From contig JBMFOB010000013.1 of assembly GCA_049969855.1 (NCBI GenBank), positions 1 through 41,483 of the forward strand: a stretch of DNA of 41,483 nt, written 5' to 3'. Position numbers and translations under genes: made by a program. The DNA is from Candidatus Bathyarchaeia archaeon. GTDB lineage: Archaea; Thermoproteota; Bathyarchaeia; Bathyarchaeales; Bathycorpusculaceae. Of the stretch, positions 30,667 to 40,081 are shown in pieces. Numbering within the stretch: position 1 is the first letter of the stretch; every line of letters begins with the position of its first letter. The notes below the pieces were generated by a model. The model was not told the DNA's origin. It searched no databases and saw only the letters and a program-made list of their open reading frames with translations.

Positions 30667-32823
30667 GTGAGTGAAATGATAAGGGATTTAGGGCAAGCAT
30701 TTGATCCACAATTTAAATCAAGAAAACATCTAGTAGAGCTTACATTAAATGGCTATTCACAAGCGAAAAACGTTTACGTTGTAGATGATTTTTGCTGCTG
30801 GTTTCCAGGCGCTCAACCAATGCAGAACGAGGAAGGACGATGGAAGTTCATCATTCCTCTTTATGAGGGAGAGTATCGTTACGCATTCATTATTGACGGT
30901 TATAAGTGGCTCATTGACCCAGATAATCCCAAAAAAGCAAAAAATCCTTACAGCATGGATTGCTCGTTCTTTGAAGTAGATAAGGAAATGTTGAAAACAC
31001 CCACAGCCAAAATGGATGGCAAAATATTTTTGAGAGCTCTATACCATGACCAAACGCCTAGATATTTGGACGTAAATAAAGAGCATGCACATTTCAAGTT
31101 CAGAACAAAAAAGAACGATATTACTGACGTAAGATTGATTGTGAGAGGAGAGAAAAAATCCGAAAGAAAAATGAAAATGACTAATGCATGGGAGGACAAA
31201 TATTTTGAATATTTCGAATGTTTAGTGCAGGTAACACAATATCCTTTAAGATATTTTTTTGAGGTGAGGGATGGAAACGCTACTGCCTACTTTTCCAGTT
31301 TTGGCGCTTCTTACAACAAAAAAGATGTACAAGAATTTGTTTTAACCGAGGAACACAAGAACATCTTTCAAGTTCCAGAATGGGCTAAAGGTGCAGTATT
31401 TTACCAAATATTTCCGGACAGATTTTTTAACGGTAACAAAAGGAACGACCCGCCTAAAGTTGCTAAATGGGGTGGCAAACCCAAGCGAAATAATTTTTTC
31501 GGAGGCGACTTACAAGGAATAATTGAAAAGCTCGACTACATCGAAAGCTTAGGTGTTAACGCAACTTACCTAACACCGATTTTCAGCTCAATTTCAAACC
31601 ACAAATACGATATTTATGACTACTTTAATGTAGATCCGCATTTCGGCAACAATGAAACACTAAAGAAACTAGTCAACGAAGCTCACAAGAGGCGCATCAA
31701 AGTTATTCTCGACGCTGTCTTCCATCACACTTCAGACAGATTTTGGGCTTTCGAAGACGTATTGAAAAATCAAGAAAAATCTAAATACGTCAACTGGTAT
31801 TTCATAAGAAAGTTTCCAGTCAAAAGAAGGAAAATGATTAAAATACTGTTTAAGTTGCCGTTACCCAAAAAATTTTGGCATCTACTGAGATTTCAAATTT
31901 TACCTGATTATGAAACCTTTGCTGGTGTGCCCTACATGCCAAAATTGAATTTATCAAATCCTGAAACAGCCGAGTATTTCATGAAAGTTGCAGAGTTCTG
32001 GGTTCGAGAGCATGACATTGATGGTTGGAGATTTGATGTAGCCTTCGGAATTCCTTTCAAATTTTGGAAAGAACTCAGAACTAGACTTAAACAGATAAAG
32101 CCAGACCTGTATTTGCTTGGCGAATTTGGAAACGGCAACCCAGATCCATCAGCTTGGGTTGGACCCGAGACATTCGATGCAGTCATGAATTATCCTTTAA
32201 GAAGTATAATTCTCGACTTTGTGGTTTTTGAAAGCATAAGTGTTGAAGAGTTTCATCAGAGGCTAATGGAGCTATTGGGAAAATTGCCCCATAAGGCAAC
32301 TCATTCCATTTACAACCTTCTTGGAAGTCATGACACACCTAGGCTTTTAACGATTTGTAATGGCGATATAAGAAAGGCAAAATTAGCTATATTTTTGCAG
32401 ATGACATTGCCAGGGGCTCCAGCTATTTATTATGGCGACGAAATAGGTCTTCAAGGAGGAAACGATCCGGATTGCAGAAGAACAATGCCTTGGAATTCGA
32501 AAGAATGGAACGCCAATATGCTTAGTTATTACAGAAAGCTTATTGAAATTAGAGAAAACCATAAAGCACTTACCATAGGCAATTTTAGGCCGATGCTGTT
32601 AGATAAACAAAAAAAGGTTTACATCTTTGAAAGATGCTATGGAGAAGAAGTTGCTATTGCTTGCGTAAATAATAGTCATAACAAGGAAGCAGTTTCAATT
32701 CAGACAAAAGAACCTCTTATAGACGTATTTGTTGCAAAAGTGTATAAGCCACGAAATGAAAATGTTGTTCTTGAAGTGGAACCTAAAAATGGAGTGTTAT
32801 TATTTAAAGGAGCAGTTGAATAA
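30667..32823 (+). CDS. GH13 cyclomaltodextrinase/neopullulanase with N-terminal CBM48-like domain
   Basis: FYQIFPDRF, GGDLQGI, DAVFHH, GWRFDVA, GSHD, YYGDEIG, DPDCRR. Confidence 0.92.
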   Translation: MSEMIRDLGQAFDPQFKSRKHLVELTLNGYSQAKNVYVVDDFCCWFPGAQPMQNEEGRWKFIIPLYEGEYRYAFIIDGYKWLIDPDNPKKAKNPYSMDCSFFEVDKEMLKTPTAKMDGKIFLRALYHDQTPRYLDVNKEHAHFKFRTKKNDITDVRLIVRGEKKSERKMKMTNAWEDKYFEYFECLVQVTQYPLRYFFEVRDGNATAYFSSFGASYNKKDVQEFVLTEEHKNIFQVPEWAKGAVFYQIFPDRFFNGNKRNDPPKVAKWGGKPKRNNFFGGDLQGIIEKLDYIESLGVNATYLTPIFSSISNHKYDIYDYFNVDPHFGNNETLKKLVNEAHKRRIKVILDAVFHHTSDRFWAFEDVLKNQEKSKYVNWYFIRKFPVKRRKMIKILFKLPLPKKFWHLLRFQILPDYETFAGVPYMPKLNLSNPETAEYFMKVAEFWVREHDIDGWRFDVAFGIPFKFWKELRTRLKQIKPDLYLLGEFGNGNPDPSAWVGPETFDAVMNYPLRSIILDFVVFESISVEEFHQRLMELLGKLPHKATHSIYNLLGSHDTPRLLTICNGDIRKAKLAIFLQMTLPGAPAIYYGDEIGLQGGNDPDCRRTMPWNSKEWNANMLSYYRKLIEIRENHKALTIGNFRPMLLDKQKKVYIFERCYGEEVAIACVNNSHNKEAVSIQTKEPLIDVFVAKVYKPRNENVVLEVEPKNGVLLFKGAVE

Positions 32824-32910
32824 GGGTCAAATGGCGGCTCTATTTAAATGGAAAAGGGTAAAAATTATATATGGAAAGGAAGAAAACATTAGCGCTGTGG
32901 AGATGTTAAA

Positions 32911-33750
32911 ATGAAAAACGTGAAACTTAAGTTACTGTTTACGATGGTAGTGCTTTTCTCGATTTTAACGCTTCCAACCATGGCGTTACCGAATACTGGA
33001 AGTGCAGAGTTCTCTGATGCAACAGGTGATGTCTTTACTGATTACTGCAACGATGACGGATACTTTCCGATGAGGGATATTACTGGTTTAAACGTCACAT
33101 GGGACTCGACAACACTTACCATAAAGTTATCCGTGGTAACGTTAACGAACACAACAGTTGCATGGAACAATACTGGGTTCGCAATAACCATCGGAAATGG
33201 GACTGATGGCAATGAATGGTGGCCGCAATGGTCATGTACGCATTTTAACCAAACAACAGCCGCTACTGCAAATTGGACATATACAATACTTGTACAAAAT
33301 GTGACCGCCGAAGGTGGACTTGCATACTCTTATTTATGCAACGTGACATGGCAGTATACTCCATTCACTGACTTAGGAATTACTGTAGAAATACCAGACA
33401 CGCCTGCAAACACTATTGTTGTCAGTGTACCATGGAACGCAATAGGAGGTTTTAGCGCCTACGGCGACGAATTTTATGTAAGTGCAGGATCGTTCTTCTG
33501 CTATGCATATGGACCAGCAGCGACTGGAGACATCCTAACGAAATACCTTGATCATATAGGTGCCGAAAGTGATAGGATAATTATCCCACAACCTAGCTGG
33601 GGTCACGATCCTGATGGATTTGACAAGTACGAGGTAATTATAGGTAATTATAGCGTCGTACCGGAATTTCCAATAATATGGCTCACCTACATATTATTAA
33701 TTGCCATTGCCATCCTAATGTTAGTCAAAAATAAAATCTATAAGCAGTAA
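32911..33750 (+). CDS. Secreted beta-rich (DOMON-like) protein with PEF-CTERM sorting signal
   Basis: Signal peptide, FSDATGD, many N-x-S/T sequons, VPEF + TM + basic tail. Confidence 0.75.
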   Translation: MKNVKLKLLFTMVVLFSILTLPTMALPNTGSAEFSDATGDVFTDYCNDDGYFPMRDITGLNVTWDSTTLTIKLSVVTLTNTTVAWNNTGFAITIGNGTDGNEWWPQWSCTHFNQTTAATANWTYTILVQNVTAEGGLAYSYLCNVTWQYTPFTDLGITVEIPDTPANTIVVSVPWNAIGGFSAYGDEFYVSAGSFFCYAYGPAATGDILTKYLDHIGAESDRIIIPQPSWGHDPDGFDKYEVIIGNYSVVPEFPIIWLTYILLIAIAILMLVKNKIYKQ

Positions 33751-33814
33751 CTTCCCTTCTCTTTTTAATCCGTTTAGCCTACTCACTCCGAAGAATGTCA
33801 AAGGAGGGTTTACA

Positions 33815-35089
33815 ATTAATATCCTGATGACTACGATGGAGTATGACATCATTAAGGTTGGAGGCTTATCGGCGGCGCTAACTTCTTTAGCTGATGTTAT
33901 GAAAAAATACGCGAATGTTAACATAATCCTTCCACGAAGCGGTTTTAAACCTTCATGGAAAAAATTGGAAGAAAAAGAGTATCCAGATTTAAAAATGGAA
34001 ATTTTTGACCACAACGGCGTAAAAGTTTACACGCTATCCAATGACATTCTGGATGAAGAAGAAATATATCCCGAACCAGCAAACGAAAAAGCAATTAAGA
34101 AAATTGACGAGTTTTGCAGATGCCTATGTGAGGTTGTAAACGAAATAAATTTTGACATAGTTCATATGCATGACTTCTTCACCTACAAAGCCATGGACAA
34201 ATTTAAACAGATGCACAAACCAGTACTTCTAACAATCCATAGATTACATAGAGAATACCCTAACTGGTTCGCTGGAGAAAAACTGGCCCTAGAAAAAGCT
34301 GATTACATAACAGTTGTTGGGAAATCCTATTACCAAGAAGACGAGAGGAAACTGTTTGAAAAATACGAGGGCAAGGTGACATGTGTGTTTAATGGGATAG
34401 ACACAAAATTTTGGAACACTCAAAAATCTTCGTACCCAAATGTTTCGCGGAGAGAACGCAGAAAATTAATTCTACAAAAATATGCTCTCTCTGACGGAGT
34501 CTTATTTGTTTATGTCGGAAGGTTCGACCCAGCACAAAAAGGAGTTGACATCTTACTTAATGCTAGCAATCATTTTTTGAAAAGCGAAGATGTGAGAATG
34601 ATCATTGTTGGAGTTGGAGATAAAAAACTAGAAGCGTTGTCTAAAAGCTTGGAAGCATCCTATCCGTCAAATCTAAGGGTAATAAACAAACTTCTCCCAA
34701 AAGAAGATGTGAGAGACCTATATTCCAGCGCAGACTTTGCGCTCATCCCAAGCATCTTTGAGCCCTTTGGACTTGTCCAATTAGAAGCTATGTCTTGCGA
34801 ATGCATTCCCATAGGAAGCAGAACAGGAGGAATAAAAGACACAGTGGTCTCTTACGAAGACAATAAACAAAAGGCAACAGGATTCTTAGTGGAAAAGGGA
34901 AATTCTAAAGCCCTTTTAGAAACTATGAGAAAGGCGCTGGCACTTTATAAGGAAAACCCTCAAATTATAGAAAGGATGCGAAAAAATGGACGGAAAAGAT
35001 GCGAAAAAATCTTTCAATGGGATGTTTCAAGCCGCAGGTACCTTGAGATTTACAAAAAGCTTTTAGAACAATCCAAAAGTGGTGCATAA
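33815..35089 (+). CDS. Glycogen/starch synthase-like glycosyltransferase (GT-B)
   Basis: KVGGL, HMHD, GRFDPAQKG, EPFGLVQLEAM; start ATT 33815 or ATG 33827. Confidence 0.88.
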   Translation: MNILMTTMEYDIIKVGGLSAALTSLADVMKKYANVNIILPRSGFKPSWKKLEEKEYPDLKMEIFDHNGVKVYTLSNDILDEEEIYPEPANEKAIKKIDEFCRCLCEVVNEINFDIVHMHDFFTYKAMDKFKQMHKPVLLTIHRLHREYPNWFAGEKLALEKADYITVVGKSYYQEDERKLFEKYEGKVTCVFNGIDTKFWNTQKSSYPNVSRRERRKLILQKYALSDGVLFVYVGRFDPAQKGVDILLNASNHFLKSEDVRMIIVGVGDKKLEALSKSLEASYPSNLRVINKLLPKEDVRDLYSSADFALIPSIFEPFGLVQLEAMSCECIPIGSRTGGIKDTVVSYEDNKQKATGFLVEKGNSKALLETMRKALALYKENPQIIERMRKNGRKRCEKIFQWDVSSRRYLEIYKKLLEQSKSGA

Positions 35090-35092
35090 ACA

Positions 35093-36853
35093 TTGAAAAA
35101 AGTGTGGATTTTTTCTTTTGAATGCGCAGGCATAGTCAAAGTCGGCGGCTTAGGAGAAGCCGTATATAACATAGCTAAGCATCTGGCTGATCAAAAATTT
35201 GAAGTCAAATTGTTCATGCCGAGCCATGGGGCCCACACTAATCTCAAGTTGATAAAAAGTTTACAATTTAGAAAACGCGATGTCATAATTAAAGGAGTTA
35301 TAGGAGATAAAAATTTTCTACCATATAAAGCACCTTTCCGATATAAAATTGGCGTTTACGAGGGTTTACTTAAAAACTTCAGAGTTACGCTATTTTACGG
35401 GTTAAACAATGTTACAAGCAAAATCTTGGATGACGCCATGGTTTATAGGGCAACACAAATTGAAGATAAAGCGCTTCTTCTTGCTAGAGGAATTTCCGGA
35501 TACATCGATCACCTACCTACTCTAGAAGATGGTTTCCCAGACATTATCCATGCCCACGATTACCACGCAATACCAGCCACTGTTTTAGCCAAACAAAAAC
35601 TCGAAGAATACAACCACAAAGCAGCAATGGTTCTTACAATACACCTCTTAAGCAACAAAAAAGTTTCATGGAATTACCTAGGCGAAAACTGGTGTGGAAT
35701 AAAAAATAAACCGCACCCAGTTTACCTTGATGGAACAAAAAACATTCTATCCCACAAGCAACTCTTAAAGAAAGCAAAACTGAAGCTGGAAGCCTTCGGT
35801 GCAATGGAAGCCCATGTGTTAACAAGTGTAAGTCAAAACTATTTGCATGAGGAGGTTCTACCACTTGTTGGCAGAGGTTGCAGAGAAAAAGCGAGGTTCC
35901 ACTGGAATGGTTGTGACTGGAATTTTGAGCCCCTACTCAAAGAAACTCTTAGGAAATTTAGCAACGATCTTCAAGAGATTTCGTCGCCGGCAAGTATAAG
36001 AAGGTATCATCTGAGAAAATACTTCTTAACAGAGGCTTTAGGAAAACTTAACCCAGAAGAACCAATTTTAGAGGAAGGCAAAGTTAAGGAAACCATTTAC
36101 AAGCTAGAGTATGCTCCTTTTTGTGGAAAAGGCAAAGTTGAACCCTTCAACGAAGATGGCCCAATGGTTTTAATGACAGGAAGATTAACACAACAAAAAG
36201 GTGTTGATCTTATTTTCAAGGCAATACCAAATGTTCTTAAAGATATTCCAAAAACGAAGTTTATTCTTTTGCTTTTGCCACTAGAAGAAGAAATAGGTTT
36301 AGTAAAAAAATTTGCAAAACTCACACACAAATATAACAATTCGGTAAGAATACTATTTGGCAAAGCTCCAAGCATTTACACACTAGCGCATTTATCCTCC
36401 GACGTATTTGTTTGTCCAAGTAAGTGGGAACCATTCGGCATAATGGCCCTAGAAGCAATGGCAACTGGAAACCCCGTTGTAGCAACGAAAGTTGGAGGAC
36501 TAAAAGAAATAGTTATTGATGCAAGGCGGCATCCGAAAAATGGCACAGGAATTCTTGTCCCTAAAAACGACTATAAAAAACTTGCAGTCGCCATTTCTTC
36601 ACTGCTAGCAATAATGCTAACTTCAGAAGAACTCCAACGAGAAGGTAAAGTAGACAATAAAAAATTGAATGCGCTGGCTACTCGAATAACTTACGAGAAT
36701 CTCAGAAAAGTCATTGCTAAACAACCATCCTATGGACTAATGCTAAGGGAAAATGTTATCCAGCGTGTTGAAACGAACTTCAGATGGAATAATGTTATTA
36801 AGATGATAATAAAAGCATACGAAAAAGCAAACAGAATACTAAAGCAACTCTAA
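35093..36853 (+). CDS. Glycogen/starch synthase-like glycosyltransferase, long form
   Basis: KVGGLGE, HAHDYH, GRLTQQKG, EPFGIMALEAM. Confidence 0.88.
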   Translation: MKKVWIFSFECAGIVKVGGLGEAVYNIAKHLADQKFEVKLFMPSHGAHTNLKLIKSLQFRKRDVIIKGVIGDKNFLPYKAPFRYKIGVYEGLLKNFRVTLFYGLNNVTSKILDDAMVYRATQIEDKALLLARGISGYIDHLPTLEDGFPDIIHAHDYHAIPATVLAKQKLEEYNHKAAMVLTIHLLSNKKVSWNYLGENWCGIKNKPHPVYLDGTKNILSHKQLLKKAKLKLEAFGAMEAHVLTSVSQNYLHEEVLPLVGRGCREKARFHWNGCDWNFEPLLKETLRKFSNDLQEISSPASIRRYHLRKYFLTEALGKLNPEEPILEEGKVKETIYKLEYAPFCGKGKVEPFNEDGPMVLMTGRLTQQKGVDLIFKAIPNVLKDIPKTKFILLLLPLEEEIGLVKKFAKLTHKYNNSVRILFGKAPSIYTLAHLSSDVFVCPSKWEPFGIMALEAMATGNPVVATKVGGLKEIVIDARRHPKNGTGILVPKNDYKKLAVAISSLLAIMLTSEELQREGKVDNKKLNALATRITYENLRKVIAKQPSYGLMLRENVIQRVETNFRWNNVIKMIIKAYEKANRILKQL

Positions 36854-36900
36854 ATGTTTAATAATCTATATATTACCAAAAATTAATCCTTTTGGCAAAT

Positions 36901-36926
36901 GTTCCGTTAACAGCGACTAACAGCAT
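36901..36926 (+). repeat. dif-like site S2
   Basis: GTTCCGTTAA-CAGCGA-CTAACAGCAT; arms 8/10 and 8/10. Confidence 0.7.
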
Positions 36927-37095
36927 TCTCAGGGTTGTGAAATAAAAACTGTAAGAGGGTGTTTGGAGAAATAGTGAAATGTTATTTATAACTAATTGAT
37001 GTGTCATAGTTCTGGGTTTTGGCTTTCGTTTTTATGTTCTCGCCATGATGGATGGCACAGTTATTATACATTAAATTTAGGGTTGTGTGTCAGTC

Positions 37096-37905
37096 CTACA
37101 CAAGTCTTATTTCCTCAATACCTATTCCACGCATGTTTCTTAATAGAGTTACTACGAGTATAAACATGGTAACAGTCCACGCTATCATGGAACATGCCGT
37201 TAACGTAATATCCATGAGCTCTTTCCCGCTTGTCGTAAAGAAACCTCCGGTTACGGGCTGTTTGCCGGAAAAATAATGGTAAAATAGGGCTGAGATACAG
37301 TTGAATGGCGATATGTAAGCGAATATTTTTAAGTCTATCCAGAGTGAGGAGTAGGATAGAAAGGACAACATTAGGGGGATAAATGTTACAAAAGAGGCTG
37401 ATTTTGGAGCTCTTAAAACCACAACTAAAAGGCTTAGAAAAGCTGAAAAGGCGTAGAGAAATATTGCGGTTAGAAATGTGGCGGTAAGCAGACCTAAAGG
37501 GTTTTCAGGAAGAACCAGCATTCCAAATTTGTGCCAAAACACTCCAATCATAGAGCAGAACATTATCGCAGACACTATTAGCAACGCTATAAGCGAGGAG
37601 GCCAAGTTTTCCGCTAGAAACTTTGAGGGTGAAAGCTTCGTGTATTTTGTTACAAACTTTATTGACTTTGAGGAGTGGATGAGTGCGTCCGCTATTCCCG
37701 TTGCCACAGCGGAAAGGCTTATGATGGTTAGGCTTCCATAGGCCATTGATGTATAATCTTTAACAACCTCTTCATAGGCGGGTACGTTGGCTCCAAAAAC
37801 ATACGCCCACATTAAAACCCAATACTCTACAAAGAGTATGGCCCAAAAAATGAGGGCTGGATTGAAAAGTAAAGCTTTAAGGCTTAAGCTGAAATATTTC
37901 GTCAA
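37096..37905 (-). CDS. ABC-2-type permease (6 TM segments)
   Basis: Hydrophobic profile, YISPF, coupled to the ATPase. Confidence 0.75.
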   Translation of the reverse strand: MTKYFSLSLKALLFNPALIFWAILFVEYWVLMWAYVFGANVPAYEEVVKDYTSMAYGSLTIISLSAVATGIADALIHSSKSIKFVTKYTKLSPSKFLAENLASSLIALLIVSAIMFCSMIGVFWHKFGMLVLPENPLGLLTATFLTAIFLYAFSAFLSLLVVVLRAPKSASFVTFIPLMLSFLSYSSLWIDLKIFAYISPFNCISALFYHYFSGKQPVTGGFFTTSGKELMDITLTACSMIAWTVTMFILVVTLLRNMRGIGIEEIRLV

Positions 37906-38708
37906 CTCTTTTTCGCCTCTAATGCAAGTTCATATACCTTGTCAAGGCTTTCTAAGCTTAAAATTGGTTTTCCACGGCCCTCTTTAACGAGGCTTATAGT
38001 TTTGCCTGAAACCGTCATTTTGATGAGGGGCTTGGCTTCTTCTCTAAGAGATAGCTTGGCTTTCAACAGTTCCTCGACTGAAACTGAGCCGTAGAGGGCT
38101 CCCTCAAACATAAAGAAAGCCTTCCAATCGGAGAGGTTTCTAAGGAGCCATGTTTCATGAGTGTTTAAGATTATTATTCCATCATAGTTTGCGAGGTATT
38201 CTATAAGTTTATTTTTCCTAGCAGGGTCTAATTGTTCGAAGGGTTCGTCTAAGAGAACGTGTTTTGCACGTGCGGAGAGGGCTGTTGCCGTGCAAACAGC
38301 CTTCGTCTGGCCAGCTGAAAGCTCATGCAATTTCTTGCCCTTTAAAAAGGCTTCACTTATTCCCAAATCAACCAGAATTTGGTATGCGAAGGCTTTATCC
38401 CCACCAGTTAAATCTGCGTACAACTTTATCAGGTCGGAAACTTTAATTGACAAGAGAGACAAAACCTCCGGAAAGTTTGCCATAATAACTCCCGTTTTTG
38501 CGTATATGTCCTCTACGCTAACACCGTCCACCAAGATTCTGCCTTTCCTTATACTCGTAAGCCCACACAAAGCCCTAAAAAGAGTTGTCTTTCCAGAACC
38601 GTTCGGCCCCAGAATAAGGCTTTTACAACCAAAGACAGCGTTAACATTCTTCAAGACAGGCTCCTTAAGCTTTCCATACGAAACCTCAAGATCTTCAACG
38701 TTTATCAT
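37902..38708 (-). CDS. ABC transporter ATP-binding protein
   Basis: GPNGSGKTT, LSAGQ, LLDEPFEQLD, NTH. Confidence 0.9.
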   Translation of the reverse strand: MINVEDLEVSYGKLKEPVLKNVNAVFGCKSLILGPNGSGKTTLFRALCGLTSIRKGRILVDGVSVEDIYAKTGVIMANFPEVLSLLSIKVSDLIKLYADLTGGDKAFAYQILVDLGISEAFLKGKKLHELSAGQTKAVCTATALSARAKHVLLDEPFEQLDPARKNKLIEYLANYDGIIILNTHETWLLRNLSDWKAFFMFEGALYGSVSVEELLKAKLSLREEAKPLIKMTVSGKTISLVKEGRGKPILSLESLDKVYELALEAKKS

Positions 38709-38826
38709 TTATATTCCACAACACTTTCTAATTCAACTAATCAAAATAAAAACTTATAGAGCCCAAAAAATGAAACATCAAACTATGAATGGGTGGATTC
38801 GGGAACACCTACTATATATCGATTAG

Positions 38827-38852
38827 TTTCCGTAAACGATGACTAAAAGAAG
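38827..38852 (+). repeat. dif-like site S3
   Basis: TTTCCGTAAA-CGATGA-CTAAAAGAAG; arms 8/10 and 8/10. Confidence 0.75.
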
Positions 38853-38904
38853 GGTTCGATGTATCCCCTAAGACAAAGTCAATCAAACGTGAAACTTTTA
38901 TGGC

Positions 38905-38930
38905 TCTCTGTTGATAACGTCTGACAGGAC
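38905..38930 (+). repeat. Degenerate dif-like site S3b
   Basis: TCTCTGTTGA-TAACGT-CTGACAGGAC; arms 8/10 and 7/10. Confidence 0.45.
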
Positions 38931-38945
38931 TTCGCAGATAGTTTC

Positions 38946-39677
38946 TTATTGTTTTTTATAGAGTTGCCTTCCAGTATAAGCAGCCTTCCAGTATAAGCAG
39001 CCTTCTCCTTCCTCTCCTGTATAGGGATCTCTTACACTTACGTCGATGCGAGTATACCTAATTTTTCCTTCGCTATTTGGCAGTCTTAGATGGAAAGCTG
39101 CTTGGATTAGATAGGCGATTAGTGAGCGTTTTGGCAAGGTTAATTGAGCCAGATAGGCGATTAAGGAATAAGCTCCATCTGCATATTCTTTCACTCGGTT
39201 AAGTTCGAGTATCTTAACAGGCTTATTATTGATTTTTACTTCAATGTCATCTTTTGAAAGGTCAGGCGCAATGTCAATAACCTCGATCTTTTTGCCGGTC
39301 TTCTTCTTTTCAAACTCTTGATATCTCTTCAGGCTCATGGGTCGAAAGTAAATAATCAGCGATGGATATGCCCCTTGAGGTCTAAACGCATTCATTGCAT
39401 AAACTTCAATTCCACCGATACGTGGATTTATATGTAAGTCTTGGTATGCGGGAACGTTCCAAGCCCAATATTCAAGATATTTTATCTTGTAATCTTTGTA
39501 TGCCATCAAGGCCATATACAAGCCTTTTTTCACTGAAATTTTGTATTCGCCAGCACTGTTTGTATGGGTTTTATAAACTGCTTCGAAACGGTCATTTTTA
39601 ACTTCCACAACAGCTCCTCGGAGTGGGTTATTCGCAAAGTCCGTTACTTTGCCAAAGATTCTGATTTCTTCAACCAT
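38946..39677 (-). CDS. Hypothetical protein with N-terminal carboxypeptidase-regulatory-like beta-sandwich
   Basis: GKVTD...PLRGAVV...TNSAGEY pattern. Confidence 0.75.
   Translation of the reverse strand: MVEEIRIFGKVTDFANNPLRGAVVEVKNDRFEAVYKTHTNSAGEYKISVKKGLYMALMAYKDYKIKYLEYWAWNVPAYQDLHINPRIGGIEVYAMNAFRPQGAYPSLIIYFRPMSLKRYQEFEKKKTGKKIEVIDIAPDLSKDDIEVKINNKPVKILELNRVKEYADGAYSLIAYLAQLTLPKRSLIAYLIQAAFHLRLPNSEGKIRYTRIDVSVRDPYTGEEGEGCLYWKAAYTGRQLYKKQ
38966..39005. repeat. 17-bp tandem duplication
   Basis: (GCCTTCCAGTATAAGCA)x2 plus GCCTTC. Confidence 0.9.
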
Positions 39678-39771
39678 TCATTTCGCTCTCCAGAAATTCA
39701 TTAGATATCGTTGACAAGCTTTCAAATTTACGGTTTACGAAATGAAACTTTGGATTTAACCACCAGAAGTA

Positions 39772-39797
39772 TTTCTGTTAACGATGACTAACCGAAA
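39772..39797 (+). repeat. dif-like site S4
   Basis: TTTCTGTTAA-CGATGA-CTAACCGAAA; arms 10/10 and 9/10. Confidence 0.8.
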
Positions 39798-39922
39798 ACC
39801 TAAGCAGGAAATATTGTTGCCGGTTAAATTTTATCCTAAAAATCAAAATTTTGCTCATGGAATGAATTTTATTTCAAACTTGAAAAGAAAATGGGAGTTA
39901 ATTTTTGGTTCCGATGGTTTGG

Positions 39923-40081
39923 TTATACAGCTTTTATCCGCTTGACTATGGGCGATCGCACCTTTCGTGCAACTTTGTAGAGGCAGTTTGGGCATTTCTA
40001 GTTGAGCATTTCCCACTTTTCCTTTGTAGTTTTATAACCGCAACGCACACACTCATAAATCACCCCATTAAGCTCCGACAC
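39923..40081 (-). pseudogene. rpoP: RpoP/Rpo12-like Zn-ribbon gene with in-frame TAG (not in ORF track)
   Basis: SD GAGGGTGA then GTG; MSELNGVIYECVRCGYKTTKEKWEMLN*KCPNCLYKVARKVRSPIVKRIKAV; TAG at 40000-39998. Confidence 0.8.

Noticed and set aside
6500-38826. Numerous antisense or overlapping ORFs in the track (e.g. 7000-7464, 7572-8105, 19221-19883, 38290-38826)
   Set aside because: Shadow frames of well-supported genes, with no motifs of their own.
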